From contig SHUR01000001.1 of assembly GCA_009694565.1 (NCBI GenBank), positions 1 through 56,815 of the forward strand: a stretch of 56,815 nucleotides of DNA, in the 5' to 3' direction. Positions 8,781-17,089 of the stretch are shown here, in pieces. The stretch comes from Ilumatobacteraceae bacterium (lineage in GTDB: Bacteria > Actinomycetota > Acidimicrobiia > Acidimicrobiales > Ilumatobacteraceae). Made by a program: the position numbers and the translations under genes. The first letter of the stretch is position 1. Each line of letters starts with the position of its first letter. Below the pieces are notes generated by a model that did no database searches, had not been told where the DNA came from, and saw only the letters and a list, made by a program, of their open reading frames with translations.

Positions 8781-10033
8781 TGCTCTAACCGTAACCACTG
8801 AGAGACAGTCTCTGCGCATCGTCTGCCAGAAAACATCGCTCCCTGGCTAGACCCAGTGTCGCGGTGGTCTCCACATACAAACAAGCCGTTGGTGAGATTC
8901 ACTTCTTGTTCTGGATTAAAGGGAGGATCTTGGTTCGGCTGTCCGTGCGGTATGCGATATGTGCGCAGGTGTCGCCAAGAATCAACTGTGGGGCCCCACC
9001 AACTGCGCAATTGTTTACGTGCCACCTCCTCTAGATCTCCCTCACAGATGCCTGGCATTGCAGCTGCAATGAGGTGTTGCCCAGGTGGGGCATAAAAAGG
9101 GCTGACATTTGACATAACAGCAACGTTGTAGACAGGTCCTGTGCCTTCGCCATCAAGCAAAACGTAGGCGCCATCAAAAGGTGCCGTGGGAGATGAAAAG
9201 TACACACATCCAGCGCTGCGTGATTCGACATGAGGCAGTCCAAGAAGGCGAGACGCAACGGGGCCCTCTGTCGCCACAACAACAGCGCGCGCACTGATGT
9301 GATGGCCAGTGCTCATCGTGACTGATCCTGGCGAAATTGTTGCTACTTCACTATTAAGAAAAATCTGTGTTGTCTTTAAGGATGCCGCTAGTTGTTGGGT
9401 GATCTGACCCATTCCTTTGGCAGGAACTACGGAGTCACCCACTGCAAGTGTTCGAAAAATGAAATCAAAAACGCGCCGGGACGAGCGCAACTCAGGGTCG
9501 AGTTGAATTCCGCCTACCAGTGGCCGAAAGAATCGCTCAATTATCTTCGAAGAAAATCCGAACTCTTGTAGAGCACTCACAGTGTCAATGTCATTTCCTC
9601 GAAGTAAATCTTCAGGTTTTTTTAATTTTAATTTTGTCCGCAACCATGCAATTCGGGCCTTATCCGACCACGTTCCGATGGGCGCAAAGGTAGTTGAAAA
9701 AAGAGTCTTAGGTCGCCTGAATGGGTCGCCGACAATGGTTCCCTTTCCTTCGCGCCACACCAATGCGCCAGGTTCGAACGCGCGAAAGTCGAGCGCCGGA
9801 ATATCGAGATGTCGATGAATTTCTGGGTATGCAGTGAGCATGACTTGAAAACCACGATCAAGAATGAAGCCATCAACTTCGTCACTGCGCACACGACCGC
9901 CGACACCGTCTGATGCTTCAAGCAATACAGCCGAGATTCCGTGTTGTTCAAGAACGCGCGCAGCAGTTAGCCCGGCAAGGCCGGCACCAACGATGACGAC
10001 GTCAACAGAAGACGGAAGTGTTTCTGCGGTCAT
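8777..10033 (-). CDS. NAD(P)/FAD-dependent oxidoreductase (amine oxidase / desaturase-like)
   Basis: 418 aa. The N-terminal dinucleotide fold is DVVIVGAGLAGLTAARVL...LLEASDGVGGRV, and the C-terminal motif is LFVCGDH. The ATGA overlap at 10030-10033 links it to the upstream gene. Confidence 0.8.
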   Translation of the reverse strand: MTAETLPSSVDVVIVGAGLAGLTAARVLEQHGISAVLLEASDGVGGRVRSDEVDGFILDRGFQVMLTAYPEIHRHLDIPALDFRAFEPGALVWREGKGTIVGDPFRRPKTLFSTTFAPIGTWSDKARIAWLRTKLKLKKPEDLLRGNDIDTVSALQEFGFSSKIIERFFRPLVGGIQLDPELRSSRRVFDFIFRTLAVGDSVVPAKGMGQITQQLAASLKTTQIFLNSEVATISPGSVTMSTGHHISARAVVVATEGPVASRLLGLPHVESRSAGCVYFSSPTAPFDGAYVLLDGEGTGPVYNVAVMSNVSPFYAPPGQHLIAAAMPGICEGDLEEVARKQLRSWWGPTVDSWRHLRTYRIPHGQPNQDPPFNPEQEVNLTNGLFVCGDHRDTGSSQGAMFSGRRCAETVSQWLRLEQ

Positions 10034-10926
10034 TTGTTCAGCAATGCTCGCAATGCGACTTCAAGTGTTGGGTGCACAAATTGAAATCCGTCTGCGACAA
10101 GTGCGTTCGGCACAACACGTTGACCAGTGAACAACAATGCATTTGCAAGTTCTCCACCCAACAAGAGTTTTGGTCCGAATGAAGGGATGGGCACAATGGC
10201 CGGCCGTGACAAGACACGTGCGAGAACACGCGTGAATTCAGTGTTGGTGACCGGAGTTGGTGCTGTGAGGTTCACGGCACCCGAGAGGTTTGAAGTGAGC
10301 AGATGAATGATTGCGTTGACCTCATCAGTAATCGAGATCCAGCTCTGCCATTGTTCGCCGTTTCCAAATTTGCCACCAAGACCCAATTTGAACAATGGGA
10401 GTTGCTTCTTTAGCGCGCCACCCTTCGGTGACAACACAATTCCGGTGCGCAATAAAACGGTGCGAATGCCAGCAGCCGCGGCAGAAGCAGATGCGGCTTC
10501 CCAGTCGCGACACACGTCTGCAAGAAAGCCAGTTCCGTTCGTTGCGTCTTCACCTAGTTCGGTGTCGTCACGTTGACCATAGATTCCGATTGCAGATCCG
10601 GAGAGAAATACGGATGGCTTTGTAGCAAGCGATGCCATGGTGTCTGCCAACAATGCAGTACCAAGTGTGCGGCTCTGCAGAATTTCCATCTTGTACGAAT
10701 CGGTCCAGCGTTTGTCGCCGATACCTGCACCAGCTAAGTGCACGACGGCATCAACACCGCCAAAAGCAGAAGGCGACATTTCGCCGGTGACTGGGTTCCA
10801 CTGCACTTCGTCATTGCGACGAGGTTCACGACGAACAGCTGCGACTGTGGTGTGTCCAGATGCATTGAGTTGTTTTGTCAGGGCTTGTCCGATGAGGCCA
10901 GAGGCGCCGGTGATGAGAATCTTCAT
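10030..10926 (-). CDS. TIGR01777-type epimerase family protein (SDR39U1-like, C-terminal DUF1731)
   Basis: 298 aa. It begins MKILITGASGLIGQAL and has a C-terminal GQRVVPNALVADGFQFVHPTLEVAL segment typical of this family. Confidence 0.8.
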   Translation of the reverse strand: MKILITGASGLIGQALTKQLNASGHTTVAAVRREPRRNDEVQWNPVTGEMSPSAFGGVDAVVHLAGAGIGDKRWTDSYKMEILQSRTLGTALLADTMASLATKPSVFLSGSAIGIYGQRDDTELGEDATNGTGFLADVCRDWEAASASAAAAGIRTVLLRTGIVLSPKGGALKKQLPLFKLGLGGKFGNGEQWQSWISITDEVNAIIHLLTSNLSGAVNLTAPTPVTNTEFTRVLARVLSRPAIVPIPSFGPKLLLGGELANALLFTGQRVVPNALVADGFQFVHPTLEVALRALLNK

Positions 10927-10990
10927 ATGGACTCAGTCAACCGTGAACCACCGCTGATTGTTCCCAAATCTTGCGTAGCCTGAAGGTTCT

Positions 10991-11419
10991 ATGAGCACCC
11001 GCAAACTCATCCTCTCTGCCATTGCCTGCGCATTGGTCATCATCGTGGCTGGAGGGGCGAAAATATTCCAGATGACTCGCGACACCATCACGGTGGAAGT
11101 GTTTGCTCTTGGTACCGAACGCACATTGGCTGATATGACCGTCACTGTTGAATCGGTCTCCCAGAACACCAATGCGACCATTGCCCACGTCACGATGTTC
11201 GGAGTCAATGGCGCCGATGCGAAAGAGGGCTGGCGGTTGTTGGCGGGGGGCACAGTGCTCTCGCCGATTGCTCTGCCGGTTGGCACGCTTGGTGTGCCCT
11301 GTGCCACTACGACAGTCGACGTTGTGACCTCGTGTGACATGGCATTTCCTGCGTCGGAAGGGTCCGTGACAGTTGCGTACCTTCGAGCGGGCCTGCAATC
11401 TCAGTGGTCTCGCCAGTAG
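10991..11419 (+). CDS. Hypothetical membrane-anchored protein
   Basis: 142 aa. It has an N-terminal signal-anchor helix (KLILSAIACALVIIVAGGA) followed by a beta-rich soluble part. I chose it over two overlapping reverse-strand ORFs because of the helix and its co-orientation with lpdA. No family was recognised. Confidence 0.5.
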   Translation: MSTRKLILSAIACALVIIVAGGAKIFQMTRDTITVEVFALGTERTLADMTVTVESVSQNTNATIAHVTMFGVNGADAKEGWRLLAGGTVLSPIALPVGTLGVPCATTTVDVVTSCDMAFPASEGSVTVAYLRAGLQSQWSRQ

Positions 11420-11478
11420 GAACGGCTACCGTTGGAGGGGAATACAACGGCGTATTCACGTGATTGGAGATAACCCCC

Positions 11479-12879
11479 ATGGCTGAACCATTTGATCTTG
11501 TGGTCGTTGGCGGTGGACCTGGTGGGTACGCGTCTGCGTTTTATGGTTCCTCTGCCGGCCTATCGGTAGCACTTGTGGAAAAAGACACCATCGGCGGAAC
11601 ATGTCTGAACCGCGGGTGTATTCCTGCGAAAGCATTTCTTGAAACCGCAGCAGCTCGACGACATGTCGAGCATGCAGCCGAGTTCGGAATTGCAGCAACT
11701 CTTGGAGTAACCGATTTCGCAGTTGCGCAAGCGCGTAAGCAAAAGATTGTTGACGGCTTAGTCAAAGGTCTCACTGGTTTGGTGAAAGCAAAGAAAGTGG
11801 AATACGTGCTCGGGGTTGGTGCATTGAACGCAGACAACTCAGTGACGGTCACTGCAGCAGACGGAACAACCACACAACTCGTCGGCAAGAACGTCGTACT
11901 TGCCGCAGGAAGTGTCCCGCGCGTCATCCCGGGTTTTGAGCCTGGTGGTCCTGTCATGACTTCAGACGAGGTATTGATGCTTGACCGCATTCCCGCACGT
12001 ATTGCAGTTATTGGCGGCGGTGCAATCGGCTGTGAATTTGCCTCGGCGTTTGCAGATCTTGGAGCAGATGTCACGATCTTGGAGGGCTTGCCGAAGATTC
12101 TTCCCGGCCTTGATGCCGACCTTGCCAATGTTGTGGTGCGCTCGTTCGGTAAGAAAAAGATTGCCATTAAAACAGGCGTTGCTGTCACTAGTCACACGCC
12201 AACTGGCAACGGATCAACTGTCGTCGCATTTGGTGATGGTGAAAAGCTTGAGGTTGACGCAGTCATTGTTTCAGTAGGTCGTCGTCCCTTCACTGATCAG
12301 CTAGGTCTTGTGAATACCAAGGTTGCAGTCAGTGATCGTGGATTTGTAGAAGTTGATGCATATTGCTGTACGAACGTGGCAAACGTGTACGCGGTTGGCG
12401 ACCTCATCAACACACCACAGCTTGCACACGTTGCTTACGCAGAAGCAATTCTGGTGGTTAAACAAATTCTCGGTGAGACAGCAATTCCTGTTGATTACGA
12501 CCGTGTTCCTTGGGCAATTTATTGCAGTCCTGAAGTTGCATGGGCTGGCCCCGGAGAAGAAGCCGCAAAAGCCGCCGGATACGACGTTGTCGTGGCAAAG
12601 CATCAGTTCCGTGCCAACAGTCGTGCAATGATCATTGGAGAACTTGACGGACTGGTGAAAATAATCGCCAAGAAAAACGCTGACGGCACTGCAGGTCAGG
12701 TTCTCGGAGTTCACATGGTGGGACCATGGGTCACAGAACAGCTCTCTGGCGGCTACCTTGCCGTGAACTGGGAAGCAACAGTAGAAGAAATTGCTCATTT
12801 CATTCAGCCACATCCGAGTCTTTCTGAGCTATTTGGCGAGACCGTGATGTCGCTCACTGGCAGAAGCATCAACGCGTAA
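11479..12879 (+). CDS. lpdA: Dihydrolipoyl dehydrogenase (E3)
   Basis: FDLVVVGGGPGGY, the redox disulfide GGTCLNRGCIPAK and a C-terminal HPSLSE interface motif are present. I prefer ATG 11479 (GGAGA lies 8 nt upstream) over the track start at 11464. Confidence 0.9.
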   Translation: MAEPFDLVVVGGGPGGYASAFYGSSAGLSVALVEKDTIGGTCLNRGCIPAKAFLETAAARRHVEHAAEFGIAATLGVTDFAVAQARKQKIVDGLVKGLTGLVKAKKVEYVLGVGALNADNSVTVTAADGTTTQLVGKNVVLAAGSVPRVIPGFEPGGPVMTSDEVLMLDRIPARIAVIGGGAIGCEFASAFADLGADVTILEGLPKILPGLDADLANVVVRSFGKKKIAIKTGVAVTSHTPTGNGSTVVAFGDGEKLEVDAVIVSVGRRPFTDQLGLVNTKVAVSDRGFVEVDAYCCTNVANVYAVGDLINTPQLAHVAYAEAILVVKQILGETAIPVDYDRVPWAIYCSPEVAWAGPGEEAAKAAGYDVVVAKHQFRANSRAMIIGELDGLVKIIAKKNADGTAGQVLGVHMVGPWVTEQLSGGYLAVNWEATVEEIAHFIQPHPSLSELFGETVMSLTGRSINA

Positions 12880-12898
12880 CATTCAGGACATACACAAC

Positions 12899-14236
12899 AT
12901 GGCAGAGATCACACTTCCTCAACTTGGCGAAACAGTTACCGAAGGAACTATTACAAAATGGTTCAAGAAAGTCGGCGACAGTGTTGCTCTTGACGAACCG
13001 CTATTCGAAGTGTCCACAGACAAAGTTGATACGGAAGTTCCATCGCCGATTTCTGGTGTGCTCACAGAGATTCGTGTAGCTGAAGGCGACACCGTTCCCG
13101 TCGGCACCGTCATCGCAGTCGTCGGTGATGCATCCTCTGCTCCTGCCGCAGCCGCTTCGGCGGCTGTGGTCGCTTCGACTCTCGCAAGCTCGAACGTCTC
13201 AGCGCCACCACCGCCCTCACCGTCAGTCGCTACAGAAGCCCCTCAGGCGTCCGCGGCTCCCGTTCCTGCTCCTGCGGCGTCCGCAACGGGTTCGGCCAGC
13301 ACTTCAACAGTTCTGTCTCCGGTGGTGCGCAAGCTCATTGCAGAAAACAATCTCAACGTTGCGGCAATTACAGGCACTGGTCCTGGTGGTCGTATTACGC
13401 GTGATGATGTTCTCGCCGCCATTTCGCGTGGTGGCGTAACAAGTGCACCAGCTGCAGCTCCCGGATCTGCTCTCACCGCAAGTGCGCCACAGCGTGCCGC
13501 AGTTCCCATGGCAGTTGCCGGTGCTCGAGACGAAGTAGTCGCGTTGTCAAAGATTCGTCAGTTGACGGGCGCACACATGGTGGCAAGCAAGACCATTAGC
13601 CCTCATGTTCTCAGTGTCGTCGAAGTCGACTATGCAAATGTTGATGTCACTCGACTTCATGTCACAGAAGAATTCAAAGCACAAGAAGGCTTCAGTCTTA
13701 CTTACTTACCGTTTATTGCACGTGCAGTTGTTGATGCATTGGCAGACTTCCCGCACTTGAACGCGTCTCTTGGTGACAATGAACTCATCGTTCATCGTTA
13801 TGTTGATCTTGGTATCGCAGTTGATCTTGATTATCAGGGGCTCCTTGTTCCCGTCGTGCGCGAAGCAGAGGGCAAACGACTTCGAGCTTTGTCGCGTGAA
13901 ATCAATGACCTTGCGACGCGTACGCGCAGTCGGCGGTTGTCTCCTGATGAGATTTCGGGTGGAACTTTTACTATCTCAAACAATGGATCTGCAGGTTCTG
14001 TGTTGACCATGCCCATTATTAATCAGCCACAAGTTGCAATCTTGTCTACCGATGCGATTGTGAAGAAGCCTGTTGTTATTGAAGTGCCAGGTTTCAGCGA
14101 AAGCATCGCTATTCACCCTGTGGGCAATCTTTCAATGGCGTGGGACCATCGTGCGTTCGACGGTGCGTATGCTGCTGGTTTCTTATCGCGCGTCAAACTA
14201 ATCTTGGAAACTCGTGACTGGTCGTCCGAGGTCTAG
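12899..14236 (+). CDS. Dihydrolipoamide acyltransferase (E2) of a 2-oxoacid dehydrogenase complex, single lipoyl domain
   Basis: 445 aa. It has one lipoyl domain (EVSTDKVDTEVPS), an Ala/Pro/Ser linker, a peripheral subunit-binding domain (SPVVRKLIAENNLNVAAITGTGPGGRITRDDV) and a catalytic domain with DHRAFDG. Confidence 0.9.
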   Translation: MAEITLPQLGETVTEGTITKWFKKVGDSVALDEPLFEVSTDKVDTEVPSPISGVLTEIRVAEGDTVPVGTVIAVVGDASSAPAAAASAAVVASTLASSNVSAPPPPSPSVATEAPQASAAPVPAPAASATGSASTSTVLSPVVRKLIAENNLNVAAITGTGPGGRITRDDVLAAISRGGVTSAPAAAPGSALTASAPQRAAVPMAVAGARDEVVALSKIRQLTGAHMVASKTISPHVLSVVEVDYANVDVTRLHVTEEFKAQEGFSLTYLPFIARAVVDALADFPHLNASLGDNELIVHRYVDLGIAVDLDYQGLLVPVVREAEGKRLRALSREINDLATRTRSRRLSPDEISGGTFTISNNGSAGSVLTMPIINQPQVAILSTDAIVKKPVVIEVPGFSESIAIHPVGNLSMAWDHRAFDGAYAAGFLSRVKLILETRDWSSEV

Positions 14237-14261
14237 AGACCAATCGGAATGCAGTGTTCAA

Positions 14262-15929
14262 ATGACTAGTAGTACTTCGCCATTACATGTTCGGTGGCTT
14301 GGGTCGGTCCCGTATACCGGTGCTTTAGCAATTCAGGAATCGATGTTTCGACACGGCGTAGATAATCGTTTGTTACTGCTCGAGCATCCACACGTATTTA
14401 CGTACGGCCCATCTGCTGACCTAGAGAAGAATTTGCGATGTGATCCTGCTGCAGTTGGTGCAGATTTTGTCGCTGTGAAGCGTGGGGGAGACATTACATA
14501 TCACGGACCAGGTCAATTGGTGGGTTATCCCTTATTGACATTGCAGGGAAAAAATGGCAGTGAGACTCCGCCAGACTCACCGGCATACGTGCATACAGTT
14601 GAACAAGTAGTGATTGACGCATTGCATGAAATCGGTCTCACTAGTGCAGATCGTTTTGATGGATACCCAGGAGTATGGCTTGATGTTGACACCGCAATGC
14701 CTCGAAAGATTTGTGCAATTGGTGTTCGTGTCGGCCGCGGGCGCACGATGCATGGTTTTGCCATCAATGTTCATACTGATCTTGAGTACATGACGACGAA
14801 CATTGTCCCGTGTGGTATTGCTGAATACCCCGTCACATCAGTTGCCGCTGAAGGTCTTCACATCACCATGAAACAGATGGTTGACGTAGTCAGTGCGCAT
14901 GCTGCAAAAGCATGGGGCGGCGCAGTTGCAGAGCGTCAAGATATTGCCTGGAAGCACATACCGGAAGACTTGTCCGCTTTTTCGCGTGGCGAGGGCCCCG
15001 GAGCACCGGTACGAATGCTGAGCAGGCTCGCTCGCGCTGGTGTGGAAGATGCCATTGAGTTGTCGGAACGCAAACCTGATTGGATTCGCCCACGTGTTTC
15101 CCTTGGCCCCGAAGTTCTTGACGTTAAAAAGACTTTGCGTAATCATTCATTGGTGACAGTGTGCGAAGAAGCAGGTTGTCCTAACTTGTCTGAATGTTGG
15201 AGTGATGGAACCGCGACATTTATGGTGCTCGGCGAGCGTTGCACACGCGCGTGCGGGTTTTGTTTAATTGACACCAGCAAACCAAACCCACCAGATATAG
15301 ATGAGCCGGCGCGAATTGCCGCAGCAGTTGCCGAGATGAAGTTGTCGTACGTTGTGCTGACAATGGTGGCGCGCGATGATTTAGCTGACGAAGGTATGGG
15401 ACACATTGCGCAATGTGTCGCCGCCATTAAAGACCTTGATTCATCAATCCAAGTTGAAACTCTGATCTCTGACGCACGAGGAAGTGCTTCTCTCGACATT
15501 ATTTTGAATGCTGCACCTGATGTGTTAAATCACAATGTGGAAACCGTGCCTCGCTTGCAGCGAGCAGTGCGGCCATCTGCCGGGTATGCGCGCAGTTTGT
15601 CTGTTTTGTCTCGCGCCAAAGCACACGGGCTTACTGTAAAGTCTGGACTTATCGTGGGACTGGGTGAAACTGATGATGAAGTGCTCGGGGTACTTGCAGA
15701 TTTGGCAGCAATTGGCGTCGACATTGTGACGATTGGTCAATATCTTCGCCCCACATCGCACCATTTGCCTGTGTCGCGGTGGGTGGAACCTGCAGTTTTT
15801 GATTCGTATAAGCGCGTTGGGGAGTCCCTCGGTATTGGGCATGTGGAGTCAAGCCCTCTTACTCGGTCGAGCTATCACGCAAAAGAGTCTGCTGGACGCG
15901 TCGTACCTGTCAAGATTGGTTCCCGATGA
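14262..15929 (+). CDS. lipB-lipA: Fused octanoyltransferase (LipB) - lipoyl synthase (LipA), single open reading frame
   Basis: The N-terminal half carries LipB motifs RGGDITYHGPGQLVGYP, KICAIGVRV and PCG. The C-terminal half carries the LipA clusters CEEAGCPNLSEC (CX4CX5C) and CTRACGFC (CX3CX2C). No stop codon separates them. I prefer ATG 14262 over the track GTG at 14214, which overlaps E2. Confidence 0.85.
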   Translation: MTSSTSPLHVRWLGSVPYTGALAIQESMFRHGVDNRLLLLEHPHVFTYGPSADLEKNLRCDPAAVGADFVAVKRGGDITYHGPGQLVGYPLLTLQGKNGSETPPDSPAYVHTVEQVVIDALHEIGLTSADRFDGYPGVWLDVDTAMPRKICAIGVRVGRGRTMHGFAINVHTDLEYMTTNIVPCGIAEYPVTSVAAEGLHITMKQMVDVVSAHAAKAWGGAVAERQDIAWKHIPEDLSAFSRGEGPGAPVRMLSRLARAGVEDAIELSERKPDWIRPRVSLGPEVLDVKKTLRNHSLVTVCEEAGCPNLSECWSDGTATFMVLGERCTRACGFCLIDTSKPNPPDIDEPARIAAAVAEMKLSYVVLTMVARDDLADEGMGHIAQCVAAIKDLDSSIQVETLISDARGSASLDIILNAAPDVLNHNVETVPRLQRAVRPSAGYARSLSVLSRAKAHGLTVKSGLIVGLGETDDEVLGVLADLAAIGVDIVTIGQYLRPTSHHLPVSRWVEPAVFDSYKRVGESLGIGHVESSPLTRSSYHAKESAGRVVPVKIGSR

Positions 15930-17041
15930 GTTCCACAGTTTCTGAATCAACATTCCGTAGTCGTCTTGAAAGAGCGCGAACTGAAATGGCGCGAACAGGT
16001 GTTGACGCATTGATTTTGTCTCTCGGGCATGATCTGCCGTATCTCACCGGATATTTGGCTATGCCACTGGAACGACTCACCATGTTGGTTGTGCCACGTG
16101 AAGGCGATGCCTCATTGATTATCCCGCGCTTAGAAGCTCCGAGAGTCACAGAAATGCCAAGTGTCTTTTCTCTCGCTACTTGGAATGAGACTGAAGACCC
16201 TGTTGCGTTGGCGCACAAGTTGCTCGGACCAGCTTGCACAATCGCTGTTGGAGACCAGATGTGGTCTCGATTCCTAGTTGATTTGTTGAAGTTTCGACCT
16301 GATGCGAAATACGTTCGTTCTGTCGTAGTGATGGAAGCGTTGCGGTCACGCAAAGATGCTGCTGAAATAGCTGCGTTGGTCGCTGCGGGTGCTGCTGCTG
16401 ACAGAGTTGCTGCGCAGTTACATGCTGGCGATATTCCATTGGTCGGTCGTACTGAAGCACAAGTGTCTGCAGACATTTCAGCGCGCCTAATAGCCGAGGG
16501 CCATCAAGTGGTGAACTTTGCAATCGTTGCGGCTGGAGACAATGCTGCGAGTCCACATCACCATGCTGGTGATCGAGTAATCAAGCACGGTGAAATTGTG
16601 TTGTGTGATTTTGGTGGCACGATGAATGACTACTGCAGCGACATCACTCGGTGTGTCCATATCGGTGAACCACCGTCTGACATTGCTGAGGCGTACAACG
16701 TGCTGTTTGAATCGCAAGCTGCAGGTGTTGCTGCTGGACTTATTGGTTCATCATGCGCCGGTGTTGATGCTGCGTCGAGAGGCGTTATCGATGCAGCTGG
16801 TTTCGGCGAGTGGTTTGTACACCGCACGGGTCATGGCATTGGTATGGAGGCACACGAAGATCCATACATGGTGGCCGGGAATGACACTCCTATTGCCGTT
16901 GGTCACGCGTACAGCGTTGAGCCAGGTATCTACATTCCAGGCAAATGGGGTATGAGGCTTGAAGACATTGTTGTGGCCACAGCGACAGGCCCACAGCCCG
17001 TAAACCACACCAATCATCACTTAGTCGTTTTAGACCGTTAA
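15926..17041 (+). CDS. M24 family Xaa-Pro peptidase
   Basis: 371 aa. The ATGA overlap at 15926-15929 links it to the lipB-lipA stop. The pita-bread metal ligands follow the pattern DFGG...D...HRTGHGIGMEAHE...EPGIY...RLED. Confidence 0.85.
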   Translation: MSSTVSESTFRSRLERARTEMARTGVDALILSLGHDLPYLTGYLAMPLERLTMLVVPREGDASLIIPRLEAPRVTEMPSVFSLATWNETEDPVALAHKLLGPACTIAVGDQMWSRFLVDLLKFRPDAKYVRSVVVMEALRSRKDAAEIAALVAAGAAADRVAAQLHAGDIPLVGRTEAQVSADISARLIAEGHQVVNFAIVAAGDNAASPHHHAGDRVIKHGEIVLCDFGGTMNDYCSDITRCVHIGEPPSDIAEAYNVLFESQAAGVAAGLIGSSCAGVDAASRGVIDAAGFGEWFVHRTGHGIGMEAHEDPYMVAGNDTPIAVGHAYSVEPGIYIPGKWGMRLEDIVVATATGPQPVNHTNHHLVVLDR

Positions 17042-17089
17042 CCACCGGCGCACAGTGCCCTAGGGTTGGCAGTAAAGGAAGGGGATGCA

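Noticed and set aside
10933-11398. Two overlapping reverse-strand ORFs (135 and 153 aa) competing with the plus-strand 142-aa ORF
   Set aside because: The plus-strand ORF has a clean N-terminal transmembrane anchor and a plausible soluble domain. The reverse-strand translations are Arg- or Thr/Val-rich without structure. Confidence in the plus-strand call is still only moderate.
14214-14261. GTG start at 14214 for the lipB-lipA ORF, and similar track starts at 43896, 40865, 21924, 8819 and 45711
   Set aside because: These longest-ORF starts overlap the preceding gene by 20-40 nt and add unconserved-looking residues. Downstream ATGs give N-termini that match the family norm or form ATGA overlaps.
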